From Alphaproteobacteria bacterium (lineage in GTDB: Bacteria > Pseudomonadota > Alphaproteobacteria > Bin95), in assembly GCA_963665325.3 (NCBI GenBank), contig CAXXWS020000002.1:672001-736000 (forward strand): a DNA stretch of 64,000 bases. Direction: 5' to 3'. A model generated the notes under the pieces. It saw only the letters and a list, made by a program, of their open reading frames with translations, searched no databases and had not been told where the DNA came from. Positions 48,912 through 58,839 of the stretch are shown here, one piece after another. A program made the position numbers and the translations under genes. Within the stretch, counting starts at the first letter, position 1. Each line of letters opens with the position of its first letter.

Positions 48912-49892
48912 ATGCCCATCATCCAACCCGCCGTTGCCCTGTCCACACGCCAGGAGGCCTTCTGCCGCCACTATGCGGTCTCCGGCAATGCCGCAGACGC
49001 TGCAAGGCAGGCCGGCTATTCCGGGCGCTCCGCCCGCCAGACCGGATGCGCCCTATTGGAACGGCCCTACATTGTGGAGCGCCTGCGGCGCATCCGCCTG
49101 TCGTGGAAGCGCACCGAGCGGGACGAGGCCCGCATCCTGCTTGCCCGGCTGGAGCAGGCGTGGGACGCGGCCGTCGCCAGCGGCTCGGCTTACACGATGC
49201 TCCGGGTGCTGCGCTTCCAGGCCGAGATTGCAGGGCTTACGGGGCCGACGGCCGCGCGCCGTGCGGGGCTCTGGCCGCTGCCGCACGAGGACGAGTTCGG
49301 CGAGATCGAGGCCGGCGAGGCTCAGGAGGCGGGCACCGAGCCGGGGCCGCTCTCCGAGGCCGTGCGCAGCGGCCTCGACCGCGCCCGATGCGCGCTCGCG
49401 CGGCACCGTGACTGCCGGGAGGAGATGGAAGCGCAGGAGGGCTTCGACGGGGCCGCGCACGAGGAGGTTGCCCGCAGGCTCGCCGGGGCCGTCGAGGAAC
49501 GCGAGCGGCTCCCTGTCTGTTTCGAGCCGCCCGCACCGGCTTCGCCCGGAGACCGGCCCCCCGCCGACGACCCGCCCGAGGAGACCTACGAGGACTGCCC
49601 GTGGGCAGGCGGCGAAGGGTCCGGCGACGAGGACAGGATCGACAGTGACCGGGCCGACGGCGCCGAACATGACTGGCTCTACCAGCGCCGCAACGGCTAC
49701 GCCGAAATCTACGACCCCTGGGCCCCGGAGGAGGTCGAGGAGCGAACGCGGAACCGCCTCGATCGGGAAGAGCGGGGCGGCGGAGAAGACGATGACTGGA
49801 GTGGACCGGCGACCAGAAAGAAGAAGAAAAAGAAGGGAAAGAAGACCGCGCCCGAGGGCGCCGGCTCCGCGCCGGACCATGACATCTCGTGA
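48912..49892 (+). CDS. protein with terminase-small-subunit-like N-terminal HTH, acidic middle and polybasic tail (orphan)
   Basis: LSTRQEAFCRHYAVSGNAADAARQAGYS..SARQTG..LL..P matches the TerS pattern; RBS AAGGAG. Confidence 0.65.
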   Translation: MPIIQPAVALSTRQEAFCRHYAVSGNAADAARQAGYSGRSARQTGCALLERPYIVERLRRIRLSWKRTERDEARILLARLEQAWDAAVASGSAYTMLRVLRFQAEIAGLTGPTAARRAGLWPLPHEDEFGEIEAGEAQEAGTEPGPLSEAVRSGLDRARCALARHRDCREEMEAQEGFDGAAHEEVARRLAGAVEERERLPVCFEPPAPASPGDRPPADDPPEETYEDCPWAGGEGSGDEDRIDSDRADGAEHDWLYQRRNGYAEIYDPWAPEEVEERTRNRLDREERGGGEDDDWSGPATRKKKKKKGKKTAPEGAGSAPDHDIS

Positions 49893-49999
49893 CATTCCAT
49901 GACACTCCCGGGAGGGAGCCACGCATCGCGCTGCGCGTCTCTCCTACCCTGCCGACCCGACAGCGCCGCGCAGACCATGACCCTGGTGAGAAATGCGGG

Positions 50000-50329
50000 T
50001 TAACCGAGCAATTCCACCGGCTCGTCGAGCGGGTGGCGGCCTTCGCGGTCTTCTATTTCGAGCACCCAGATGTCGGGGTCGCGGGCGGCCTCGCGGGCAA
50101 TTTCCTCGTCGGCGTCGGCCTCCGGGCCCGGCGGGTGGGCGAGCCAGCGGCGGCGGTCCCCGTCGGTCCAGGCCGGGCGGAGGAGTTGCGCCGTGCCGTC
50201 GAGGCGGTTGAGCTTGAGCAGCACTGCGCCCGCCCCGTCGAAGCCGCGCCGCGCTACCTGCGCCGGGCAGCCGCGAACCGTTGCCGCCCGGATGCAGGCC
50301 TGGATATAGACGCGAGCCGTCAGCGCCAA
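50000..50329 (-). CDS. DUF1491 family protein
   Basis: VARRG...AGAVLLKL..LDG and DPDIWVLEIEDREGRH. Confidence 0.75.
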   Translation of the reverse strand: MALTARVYIQACIRAATVRGCPAQVARRGFDGAGAVLLKLNRLDGTAQLLRPAWTDGDRRRWLAHPPGPEADADEEIAREAARDPDIWVLEIEDREGRHPLDEPVELLG

Positions 50330-50343
50330 GGCAGCGCCGCGCC

Positions 50344-51210
50344 TCAGGCGTGTCCGGGCACGATGTGCCGGGCGGGCGAGGGCCGGAAGGTCGCGCGCTT
50401 CAGCCAGCGGTTTTCCGTCGGGTCGAAATCGTCCCGCCGATGAAGCAGGAAGCCATTGTCCCAGAGCACGGTGTCGCCAACCTCCCAGTCATGCCGATAG
50501 ACGAAGCGGGGCTCGGTCGCATGCGCGATCAGGCGGTCGAGCAGGGCGCGACCCTCTCCCGCGTCCATGCCGTCTATCCCGGACATGGTGCCGGGGTCGA
50601 GATAGAGCGCCTTGCGCCCCGTCACCGGGTGGGTATGCACCAGCGGGTGGGTGACGTCGGGCGTGCGCCGGCGGATGTCGTCTTCCGCCATCTTGTCGAT
50701 TTCGCCGTAGCCGGCCACGCGCACGGCATAGCTGAAAACGCCCCGCCGCCCCTCGATCTCGGCCTTGAAGCCTTCGTCGAGCGCGTCGTAGGCGGCTTCG
50801 AGATTGGCCCAGCAGGTGGGTGCGCCGCCGGCCGGCGTCTCGACGCAGTAAAGCAGGGACCCCGTGGCCGGATTGGCCATGTAGGACTGGTCGGTATGCC
50901 AGGCGAGCTCGCCCTGGCCGATACCGCCGATGGTGTTGCCGCCGGGGCCTCGCATATTGGAGATGTAGGTGATCTCGGGCTGGTATTTCGACGCCCAGTC
51001 CTCCCGCACGATCAGCTCCAACGCGCCGAACCAGGAAGCGGCCTTCGCAAGCTCGGCTTCCGAGAGCGCCTGCCGGCGGAAAACCAGCACGCCGTGTGCG
51101 GCAAGCGCGGTATCCAGCGCCTCGCGGGTTTCCTCGTCCGGGTGCTCGTGCAGTGCCATGCCCTCCACGATCCTCGCGAAGCCGTTTTCGGCAGGTCTGA
51201 ATGTCAGCAT
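50344..51210 (-). CDS. TauD/TfdA family dioxygenase (intact)
   Basis: HGVLVFRRQ, WHTDQSY, HPLVHTHP and WDNGFLLHRR. Confidence 0.9.
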   Translation of the reverse strand: MLTFRPAENGFARIVEGMALHEHPDEETREALDTALAAHGVLVFRRQALSEAELAKAASWFGALELIVREDWASKYQPEITYISNMRGPGGNTIGGIGQGELAWHTDQSYMANPATGSLLYCVETPAGGAPTCWANLEAAYDALDEGFKAEIEGRRGVFSYAVRVAGYGEIDKMAEDDIRRRTPDVTHPLVHTHPVTGRKALYLDPGTMSGIDGMDAGEGRALLDRLIAHATEPRFVYRHDWEVGDTVLWDNGFLLHRRDDFDPTENRWLKRATFRPSPARHIVPGHA

Positions 51211-51215
51211 GGCCG

Positions 51216-52157
51216 TCAAAGCTCCTTCAACAGCGCCTCGATATCGTCCGGGCTCTCGACCGCGACGCCGGACATCTCCCGGTCGATGCGCCTGACCAGC
51301 CCGGAGAGCACCTTGCCGGTGCCGAGCTCGACCACGCGGTCGATGTCGTTCTCGCGCATGAACATCATACTCTCCCGCCAGCGAACGGTCGCCGTCACCT
51401 GGCGCACGAGGAGGTCAGGCAGGTCGGCGGCGCCTTCCACCGGGCGCGCCGTCACATTGGCAACCAGCGGCACCGAAGGGTCTTCCATATCGACAGAGAC
51501 CAGGGCCTCCGCCATGGCGTCGGCGGCGGGTTGCAGCAGCGAGCAATGGAAGGGCGCACTTACATCGAGCATGATCGCCCGGCGCGCGCCCCGCGCCTTC
51601 GCCAGTTCCACCGCGCGTTCGACGGCAGCGCAGTCGCCGCTCACCACGACCTGGCCGGGAGCGTTGTCGTTGGCCGGATCGCAAACCTCGTTTTCTGCCG
51701 CCTCGCGGGCAACTTCCTCCACCTGCTCGAAATCGAGGCCGAGCAGCGCCGCCATTGCGCCGGCGCCTACAGGCACGGCGCTCTGCATCGACTGCCCGCG
51801 CAGCTTCAGAAGGCGCGCGGTATCGGCGAGCCGGAAAGCTCCGGCCGCAGTCAACGCCGAATACTCACCAAGCGAATGACCCGCCAGATAGAGGCAGGCC
51901 GAGGGCAGGGAAACGCCGCCCTCGCGCTCCAGCACCCGCATGACGGCCATGCTGTGCGCCATCAGCGCCGGCTGCGCGTTCTCCGTCAGGGTCAGTTCGT
52001 CGCCGGGGCCTTCGAACATCAGCCGCGAGAGACCTTGTCCGAGGGCGTCATCTACCTCCTCGAACACCTCCCGCGCGGCCGCCGAAGCCTCCGCCAGCGC
52101 CCGGCCCATGCCGACCGCCTGCGCCCCCTGTCCCGGAAAGACGAAAGCTCGTGCCAC
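51216..52157 (-). CDS. fabD: malonyl-CoA:ACP transacylase
   Basis: FVFPGQGAQ, AGHSLGEYSA and VSAPFHC. Confidence 0.96.
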   Translation of the reverse strand: MARAFVFPGQGAQAVGMGRALAEASAAAREVFEEVDDALGQGLSRLMFEGPGDELTLTENAQPALMAHSMAVMRVLEREGGVSLPSACLYLAGHSLGEYSALTAAGAFRLADTARLLKLRGQSMQSAVPVGAGAMAALLGLDFEQVEEVAREAAENEVCDPANDNAPGQVVVSGDCAAVERAVELAKARGARRAIMLDVSAPFHCSLLQPAADAMAEALVSVDMEDPSVPLVANVTARPVEGAADLPDLLVRQVTATVRWRESMMFMRENDIDRVVELGTGKVLSGLVRRIDREMSGVAVESPDDIEALLKEL

Positions 52158-52303
52158 GAACCCCTCCCGATGCCCGGTCAACGAAGTGCAATCAAGGCGG
52201 GGCCGCAGAGAGTGTCAAGGGCGCATTCCGGCGGCTTGCGCGCATTGCGGGTTCGTGTATAACCCCGGCCCCAGTGCAACTTTCGGGACGAAACGCATCG
52301 GCA

Positions 52304-52735
52304 ATGGCTCTTTACGAGAATGTCTTCATAGCGCGTCAGGACATGTCGCCCGCACAGGTGGAGACCCTGGCGGACGAATATGTGTCCGTCATGGAGTCCC
52401 TCGGCGGCAAGGTCGAGAAGCGCGAACATTGGGGCCTCAAGACCCTGGCTTACCGGATCAAGAAGAACCGCAAGGGCCATTACGTCCTCTTCAATTTCGA
52501 TACGAACGGCGACGCGGTGGCTGAACTCGAGCGGCGGATGCGCCTGTCGGAAGACGTGCTGCGGTACCTGACCGTGCGGATCGAGGCCGTCGACGAGCGG
52601 CCTTCCGTGATGCTTCAGGCCCGGCCGCGCGACGACCGCGGCCGGCGCGACGCGCGCCCGCGCCGGGATACCGAGGAGAGGAAACCGGAAGGCGCCGGCG
52701 AGCAGCCTGCCGCCGCAGTGGAGGCCGCCCAATGA
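52304..52735 (+). CDS. rpsF: 30S ribosomal protein S6
   Basis: [13 protein letters not shown] and [12 protein letters not shown]. Confidence 0.97.
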   Translation: MALYENVFIARQDMSPAQVETLADEYVSVMESLGGKVEKREHWGLKTLAYRIKKNRKGHYVLFNFDTNGDAVAELERRMRLSEDVLRYLTVRIEAVDERPSVMLQARPRDDRGRRDARPRRDTEERKPEGAGEQPAAAVEAAQ

Positions 52736-52968
52736 ACGCTGCACCGCGCCGCCCCTTTTTCCGACGCCGCAAGAGCTGCCCCTTCTCCGGGCCCAATGCG
52801 CCCGAGATCGACTACAAGGATGTGAAGCTGATGCAGCGGTTCCTGTCGGAACGCGGCAAGATCGTGCCCAGCCGCATTACCGCCGTCTCGGCAAAGAAAC
52901 AGCGCGAACTGGCGCAGGCGATCAAGCGTGCGCGCTTCATGGCGCTGTTGCCCTACGTCGTAAAGTAG
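52732..52968 (+). CDS. rpsR: 30S ribosomal protein S18
   Basis: [17 protein letters not shown] and [13 protein letters not shown]. Confidence 0.97.
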   Translation: MNAAPRRPFFRRRKSCPFSGPNAPEIDYKDVKLMQRFLSERGKIVPSRITAVSAKKQRELAQAIKRARFMALLPYVVK

Positions 52969-52996
52969 GTCCAGGACTGCCGCCCGCGCGGATTGG

Positions 52997-53938
52997 ATGG
53001 GAAAGGATCTCATCCTCCTGACCGTCGGCGGGCTGGCCGCAGGCGCGCTCTTCGGTTCCATCGTCGCCGGCTCTCTGGGTGCGGCCCTGCTGGCCTATTT
53101 CGCCGCAGCGCCGCTGTTCCTTGTGGGCCTGTCCCTGGGTTGGCTGCCGGTTGTCGCCTCGGCACTCGTCGGCGCGGCTGTGGTGGCCGGGATCGTCGGT
53201 TTTTTCGCTGCCGGCTATTTCGCTCTCATTATCGGCCTTCCAGTAGCCGTGTTGTGCCGACAGGCCCTGCTGAACCGCACCGACGGGCGGGGCGGTGTCG
53301 AATGGTATCCGCCCGGTCGCCTCGTCGCGGCGCTCACCGCCATGGCGGCTGCAGCTCTCCTGGCGATGTTCTCCGTCGCCGTTCTCGAAGGCGTGGATCC
53401 GCGACAGGAAGTGCAGCAGACGATCGAGGCGGTTCTGGACGCCGGGATGCCGCCCGAAATCGCCGAGCGCGCCAAGGAACAGGGTCTGGCAGTGCGGGCG
53501 GCATCCTTCCTGCCGGGCATTGCCGCGGCGCTGCTTTTCCTGACACTGGCGCTGGACGGCGTGCTCGGCCAGGCCATCGCCGCGCGCCTGAGTATCGCGA
53601 GGCGCCCCTCGCCTCCGTGGCGCGATATGACGCTGCCGGCCTGGCCGTTGTACGCGCTCGGCCTTTCCTGTCTTGCCGGGATTGCCGCAAGCGGAGCGCT
53701 GGAGTATATCGGCCGCAATCTGGCTATCGTCTTCGCCGTTCCGTTCCTGCTGCAGGGGCTTGCTGTCGTCCATGCCGTGGCGGCCCGGCTGCCGGGGCGG
53801 ACGGTCTGGCTGGTCGGTTTCTATCTGCTGGGGCTCCTGATGGCCTGGCCATTCGTGCTGGTCGCAGCGCTGGGCCTTGCGGAGCCTTATGTCGGTCTGC
53901 GCGCCCGTTTCGGGGGCGGTCCGAAGGAGAGTGAGTAA
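52997..53938 (+). CDS. DUF2232/YybS-like membrane protein
   Basis: Polytopic membrane protein with EWYPPG motif in its usual position between rpsR and rplI. Confidence 0.8.
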   Translation: MGKDLILLTVGGLAAGALFGSIVAGSLGAALLAYFAAAPLFLVGLSLGWLPVVASALVGAAVVAGIVGFFAAGYFALIIGLPVAVLCRQALLNRTDGRGGVEWYPPGRLVAALTAMAAAALLAMFSVAVLEGVDPRQEVQQTIEAVLDAGMPPEIAERAKEQGLAVRAASFLPGIAAALLFLTLALDGVLGQAIAARLSIARRPSPPWRDMTLPAWPLYALGLSCLAGIAASGALEYIGRNLAIVFAVPFLLQGLAVVHAVAARLPGRTVWLVGFYLLGLLMAWPFVLVAALGLAEPYVGLRARFGGGPKESE

Positions 53939-54564
53939 TGGAGCTGGTCCTTCTCGAACGGGTCGAGAGCTTGGGGCTGATGGGCGATATCGTCACGGTC
54001 AAGCCCGGATACGCGCGGAACTACCTGCTGCCCCAGAAGAAGGCGCTGCGCGCGACGCCCGAGAACATGGCCGTTTTCGAGACGCGCCGCGCGGAGCTGG
54101 AAGCACGCAACCTGGAGCGGAAGGGTGAGGCCGAAGGTGTTGCCGGGAAGCTGGAAGGCTTCAGCGTCACGCTGATCCGCCGCGCCGGCGACACCGGACA
54201 TCTCTACGGGTCGGTCACGGTGCGCGACATCGCCGAGGCGGCCAGCGAGGCGGGCGTCGAGATCGATCGTCGGCAATTGCGGCTCGCGCAACCGATCAAG
54301 TCGCTCGGCCTGCACGATATCGCGGTCCAACTGCATCCTGAGGTCCAGGTACCGATCACCGCCAATGTCGCCCGCACGCTCGATGAGGCGGAGGCGCAGG
54401 CGCGCGGCGAGGATGTGCTGGCGATGGACGACGAGGACGCTTATCGTTTCGAGAGCGGACTGTCGGAGTTCTTCGACGACGGCGGATCGGAGCGCGACGG
54501 AGAGGCCCGGGCTGAAGCCGGCGAGGCCGAACCGGCCGGGGAAGAACCGGGCGAGGTAAGCTAG
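53938..54564 (+). CDS. rplI: 50S ribosomal protein L9
   Basis: VKPGYARNYLLP, LYGSV and IKSLG. Confidence 0.97.
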   Translation: MELVLLERVESLGLMGDIVTVKPGYARNYLLPQKKALRATPENMAVFETRRAELEARNLERKGEAEGVAGKLEGFSVTLIRRAGDTGHLYGSVTVRDIAEAASEAGVEIDRRQLRLAQPIKSLGLHDIAVQLHPEVQVPITANVARTLDEAEAQARGEDVLAMDDEDAYRFESGLSEFFDDGGSERDGEARAEAGEAEPAGEEPGEVS

Positions 54565-54615
54565 GGGTTCGTTGCCCGCTGGCTGCGGCGGGAGGCGGGA
54601 GGGAGAGCAGGGCCG

Positions 54616-55818
54616 ATGCTGTTCGCGCCGTTGTTACGCCGGCTCGTCAAATTCGGTACGCTGACCGTAATAGACCCGCGCGGCGGCTCACACAGCATAG
54701 AAGGCGCGGGCGGGCCTTCGGTCGCCATCCGCCTGCACGATAGCTCGGTGAGCCGGGGGTTGATCCGCAATCCGGCTCTTGCCATTGGCGAGGCCTATAT
54801 GTCCGGGCGGCTGACGGTTGAGCAGGGCACGCTGTTCGATTTCCTCACCATTCTGGTGGTCAACCGCCGCGAGGCCCTTCTCGGTCGTTCCAAGGGTCCT
54901 GCGGCCATCGGGCGAAAGCTCATGGGCCGGTTGCGGACGCACAACCCGGTTGGCACGGCGCGTCGCAAGGTATCGCACCATTACGACCTGAAGCCGGAAC
55001 TGTTCGATCTGTTCCTGGACAGCGACCGTCAATATAGCTGCGCCTATTTCGCCTCGGACAATGACGACATCGAGACGGCGCAGCGGCGCAAGAAGACGCA
55101 TCTTGCGGCGAAGCTGCTGCCGCGTCCGGGGGACCGGGTTCTGGACATCGGCTCGGGCTGGGGCGGTCTGGGGCTTTATCTGGCGCAGGAAGCGGACGTG
55201 GATGTGACGGGCGTGACGCTCAGCCACGAGCAGCATGAGCTGTCGAACGCGCGCGCGGCGGAGGCGGGGTTATCGGAGCGTGTGCGCTTCAAGCTGCAGG
55301 ACTACCGGGAGGAGACGGGCCGCTACGAGCGGATCGTTTCGGTGGGGATGCTGGAGCATGTGGGTCTGGGGCATTATCGCGAGTTTTTCGGGAAGGTTCG
55401 CGATCTGCTGACGGATGACGGCGTTGCGGTTGTGCACACCATCGGCCGCTACGACACGCCGGGCCCGGTCAACCCGTGGATCGCCCGCTACATCTTTCCG
55501 GGCACCTATGTGCCGACGCTTTCGGAGCTGATGCCCGCGATAGAGGAGCAAAACCTTCTGGTGACGGACATAGAGGTATTGAAACGCCACTATGCGAAGA
55601 CGCTCAGGGCGTGGCGGGACCGTTTCGTTTCGAACCGGGACCGGGCTCGCGCGATGTATGACGAGCGTTTCTGCCGTATGTGGGAGTTCTACCTCACTGC
55701 CTGCGAGGTCGGCTTCCTGTCGAAGGAGCTCAATGTCTTCCAGATCCAGCTTGCAAAGGATCTGGATGCGGTGCCGGAGACGCGGGACTATATCCACGCC
55801 TTCGAGGCGGCGCACTGA
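54616..55818 (+). CDS. cfa: cyclopropane-fatty-acyl-phospholipid synthase family methyltransferase (copy 1)
   Basis: HHYDL, QYSCAYF, LDIGSGWG, SVGMLEHVG, YIFPG and RMWEFYL. Confidence 0.88.
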   Translation: MLFAPLLRRLVKFGTLTVIDPRGGSHSIEGAGGPSVAIRLHDSSVSRGLIRNPALAIGEAYMSGRLTVEQGTLFDFLTILVVNRREALLGRSKGPAAIGRKLMGRLRTHNPVGTARRKVSHHYDLKPELFDLFLDSDRQYSCAYFASDNDDIETAQRRKKTHLAAKLLPRPGDRVLDIGSGWGGLGLYLAQEADVDVTGVTLSHEQHELSNARAAEAGLSERVRFKLQDYREETGRYERIVSVGMLEHVGLGHYREFFGKVRDLLTDDGVAVVHTIGRYDTPGPVNPWIARYIFPGTYVPTLSELMPAIEEQNLLVTDIEVLKRHYAKTLRAWRDRFVSNRDRARAMYDERFCRMWEFYLTACEVGFLSKELNVFQIQLAKDLDAVPETRDYIHAFEAAH

Positions 55819-55869
55819 CGGGCGCCGGGATGGCCTAGCGCGGCCGGAAAGCCGGGGAGGGCACGGCTC

Positions 55870-57072
55870 ATGCTCTATCTGCCGTTTTTGCGCCGGTTCG
55901 TCGAAGTCGGGGTGCTGACGGTCATCGACTCGAACGGCGCCGCACACCGTCTGGAAGGCGGGGAAGGCCCGTCGGCGACAGTGCGCCTGCACGACGCTTC
56001 AGTCGCGCGCGCCATGTTCCGGAATCCGGCGCTTGCTGTTGGCGAGGCCTATATGGACGGGCGCCTGACGGTCGAGGAGGGCACGCTGTTCGACTTCCTC
56101 ACCATCGCTCTTGTCAATCAGCGCCGCGCTCGGCTACGGAGCGATTCCGGTGTCCTGGACTTCGCACGAAGGCTTATGGGCCGGTTGCGGACGCATAACC
56201 CGGTTGGCGCGGCGCGTCGCAAGGTATCGCACCATTACGACCTGAAGCCGGAACTGTTCGATCTGTTCCTGGACAGCGACCGTCAATATAGCTGCGCCTA
56301 TTTCGCATCCGACAACGATGACATCGAGACGGCGCAGCGGCGCAAGAAGACGCATCTTGCGGCGAAGCTGCTGCTGCGTTCGGGGGACCGTGTTCTGGAC
56401 ATCGGCTCGGGCTGGGGCGGTCTGGGGCTTTATCTGGCGCAGGAAGCGGACGTCGATGTGACGGGCGTGACGCTCAGCCACGAGCAGTATGAGCTTTCGA
56501 ATGCGCGTGCGGTGGAGGCCGGCCTTTCCGAGCGGGTTCGATTCGGGCTCCGGGACTACCGCGAGGAGACGGGCCGTTACGAGCGGATCGTTTCGGTGGG
56601 GATGCTGGAGCATGTGGGTCTGGGCCACTACCGGGAGTTTTTCGGGAAGGTCCGGGAGCTTTTGACGGACGACGGGGTTGCGGTTGTGCACACCATTGGC
56701 CGCTATGACATGCTTGGCCCGGTCAACCCCTGGATTACTCGCTACATTTTTCCGGGCGGATACCTGCCGACCCTCTCGGAACTGATGCCTGCAATAGAGG
56801 AGCAAAACCTTCTGGTGACGGACATAGAGGTATTGAAGCGCCACTATGCGAGGACGCTCAGGGCGTGGCGGAACCGTTTCGTTTCGAACTGGGACAAGGC
56901 GCGCGCGATGTATGACGAGCGCTTCTGCCGTATGTGGGAGTTCTACCTCGCCTCCTGCGAGGTCGGTTTCATGCACAATATCGTGACCGTATTCCAGATC
57001 CAGCTTGCGAAAGACCCGGACGCCGTGCCGGAGACGCGGGACTACATTCACGACTACGAGGCCGCGCACTGA
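55870..57072 (+). CDS. cfa: cyclopropane-fatty-acyl-phospholipid synthase family methyltransferase (copy 2)
   Basis: Same motifs and same length (400 aa); tandem paralog. Confidence 0.88.
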   Translation: MLYLPFLRRFVEVGVLTVIDSNGAAHRLEGGEGPSATVRLHDASVARAMFRNPALAVGEAYMDGRLTVEEGTLFDFLTIALVNQRRARLRSDSGVLDFARRLMGRLRTHNPVGAARRKVSHHYDLKPELFDLFLDSDRQYSCAYFASDNDDIETAQRRKKTHLAAKLLLRSGDRVLDIGSGWGGLGLYLAQEADVDVTGVTLSHEQYELSNARAVEAGLSERVRFGLRDYREETGRYERIVSVGMLEHVGLGHYREFFGKVRELLTDDGVAVVHTIGRYDMLGPVNPWITRYIFPGGYLPTLSELMPAIEEQNLLVTDIEVLKRHYARTLRAWRNRFVSNWDKARAMYDERFCRMWEFYLASCEVGFMHNIVTVFQIQLAKDPDAVPETRDYIHDYEAAH

Positions 57073-57515
57073 TGGATGCCGGGCAGATGGCGAGCGCTGC
57101 CGATGCGCTGGCCCGGCGCGTCTCCGACGCCATGTACGGGCAGGACGATGCGTCGCGGAATCTCGGCATCCGGCTGGAGGCGGTCGGCGCCGGCTGGGCC
57201 CGCATGTCGATGCCGGTGACCGACAACATGCTGAACGGCCATCGCGTTTGCCACGGCGGCTACATCTTTTCGCTCGCCGATTCGGCCATGGCCTTCGCGA
57301 GCAACAGCCGCAACCGGGTCTCCGTGGCGCAATTCTGCTCCATTACCTTCCTGCGTCCCGGCCGGGCGGGCTGCCTGCTGTTGGCCGAGGCGCGGGAGCA
57401 GGCGGACGCCGGGCGCACCGGCATGTATGCCGTCGAGGTGCGTGAGGACGGCGGCGAGGTCCTCGCCGTGTTCTCGGGCGCGGTCCGCCGCCTGGGGGAA
57501 CGAACCATCGTCTGA
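57072..57515 (+). CDS. paaI: PaaI-type hotdog thioesterase
   Basis: MLNGHRVCHGGYIFSLADSAMAFASNS. Confidence 0.85.
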   Translation: MDAGQMASAADALARRVSDAMYGQDDASRNLGIRLEAVGAGWARMSMPVTDNMLNGHRVCHGGYIFSLADSAMAFASNSRNRVSVAQFCSITFLRPGRAGCLLLAEAREQADAGRTGMYAVEVREDGGEVLAVFSGAVRRLGERTIV

Positions 57516-57533
57516 AGGCTGCGGCTCCGCGTT

Positions 57534-58661
57534 TCAGCCGCCGCCGAGCAAAGGCCCGGCCTTGGGCTTGCGACGTTTCTCGCCCTTCAGGAACAGCGGC
57601 GCAGCCAGTGCCAGAGATGCGCCCGTTTCCGGGTCGTCGCAGGGGATGAGCGCGCCGCTCTCCCGCATCTGAGCATCGTTCGGGATGTCGGCGAGTGTGC
57701 CGATCTCGCCGAAACTGACGGCATGGCGGACGAGGATTTCGCGCCAGTCCGGCCAGTCGCGAGCGGCGAAGACGGCGTCGAGATCGGCGATCAGCGCGTG
57801 GCGGTTGGCGACCCGCGCCGGCCGGTCCCGGTAGCGCGGATCGTCGAGCCATTCCGGCTTGCCGAGTGCAGCGACCAGCTTCGGCCAGTTCCGGTCCTCG
57901 GGTAGGAGCACGAGGTGGAACCAGCGGCCGTCGCCGCAACGGTAGAGGTTGTGCAGCGCGTTGGCGGCATCCTCGCGGGACGGGCGCCGCTTGTGCTCCG
58001 CGCCACACAGGATGGCGCTGGTCTGGAAGGCGTTCCACCAGAGGCCGTTCGCCATGAGGTTGGTCGAGACGGCGCCGCCCTTGCCCGTTCGCTCGCGCCG
58101 GTAGAGCGCCATCATCACGGTGGCGAAGAGCGTCATCGCAGTCGGGTGGTCGCCCATGCCGGGGAGCGAACGCGCGGGCGGTGCATCGGGCGCGGGCCGC
58201 ACCATGTCCATAAGGCCGCTGCGCGCCCAGAGCGCCGTCGAGTCGAACCCGGTGCGTGCGGCTTCGGGGCCGGTCTCGCCATAGGCGGTAACTGAGGCAT
58301 AGATCAGCCGCTCGTTCAGCGGCAGCAGGTCCTCATCGCGGATGCCGAGCCGTGCGCGCGTTCCGAGCGGCGAGTTGGTGATGAAGACATCCGCTTCGCC
58401 CACCATGTCGTATAGCCGCACCCGGTCCCCGTCCTGCTTCAGGTCCAGCACGACACTCCGCTTGTGCCGGTTGTCCATGTTGAAAGGATAGTTGAACGGC
58501 GTGGGCGGATTGCCGGGCGCCCCCACGGACTGCCGAAACGGGTCGCCGTCGGGCGGCTCGACCTTCACCACGTCGGCGCCGAACTCGCCTAGAATCATCG
58601 CGGCCGCTGGACCGGCAATAAAAGTCGCCGCCTCGATAACCCTGATCCCGTCGAGCAGCAC
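57534..58661 (-). CDS. CaiB/BaiF family III CoA-transferase
   Basis: LDGIRVIE, GADVVKVEPPDGD, NRHKRSVVLDLK and YGETGP; GTG start inferred after an AG-rich RBS. Confidence 0.9.
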   Translation of the reverse strand: MLLDGIRVIEAATFIAGPAAAMILGEFGADVVKVEPPDGDPFRQSVGAPGNPPTPFNYPFNMDNRHKRSVVLDLKQDGDRVRLYDMVGEADVFITNSPLGTRARLGIRDEDLLPLNERLIYASVTAYGETGPEAARTGFDSTALWARSGLMDMVRPAPDAPPARSLPGMGDHPTAMTLFATVMMALYRRERTGKGGAVSTNLMANGLWWNAFQTSAILCGAEHKRRPSREDAANALHNLYRCGDGRWFHLVLLPEDRNWPKLVAALGKPEWLDDPRYRDRPARVANRHALIADLDAVFAARDWPDWREILVRHAVSFGEIGTLADIPNDAQMRESGALIPCDDPETGASLALAAPLFLKGEKRRKPKAGPLLGGG

Positions 58662-58839
58662 GGAACCTCTCCTCTCATCAACGCCACCGGCGCCATTTGG
58701 TCGGCCACCTGGGGAAACTAACCCGACGCCGCCGGAGGGGAACCGACGTTGTACGGGAGCATTTGTCGCAAGCCATGGAGTTAGGGGTGACAGATTGGAT
58801 AGGATTACCTGCCGAATCTTGGTCGGGAGGGACAAAGTC

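Noticed and set aside
47980-50000. Prophage
   Set aside because: Only a TerS-like domain is present; no structural, lysis or integrase genes nearby.
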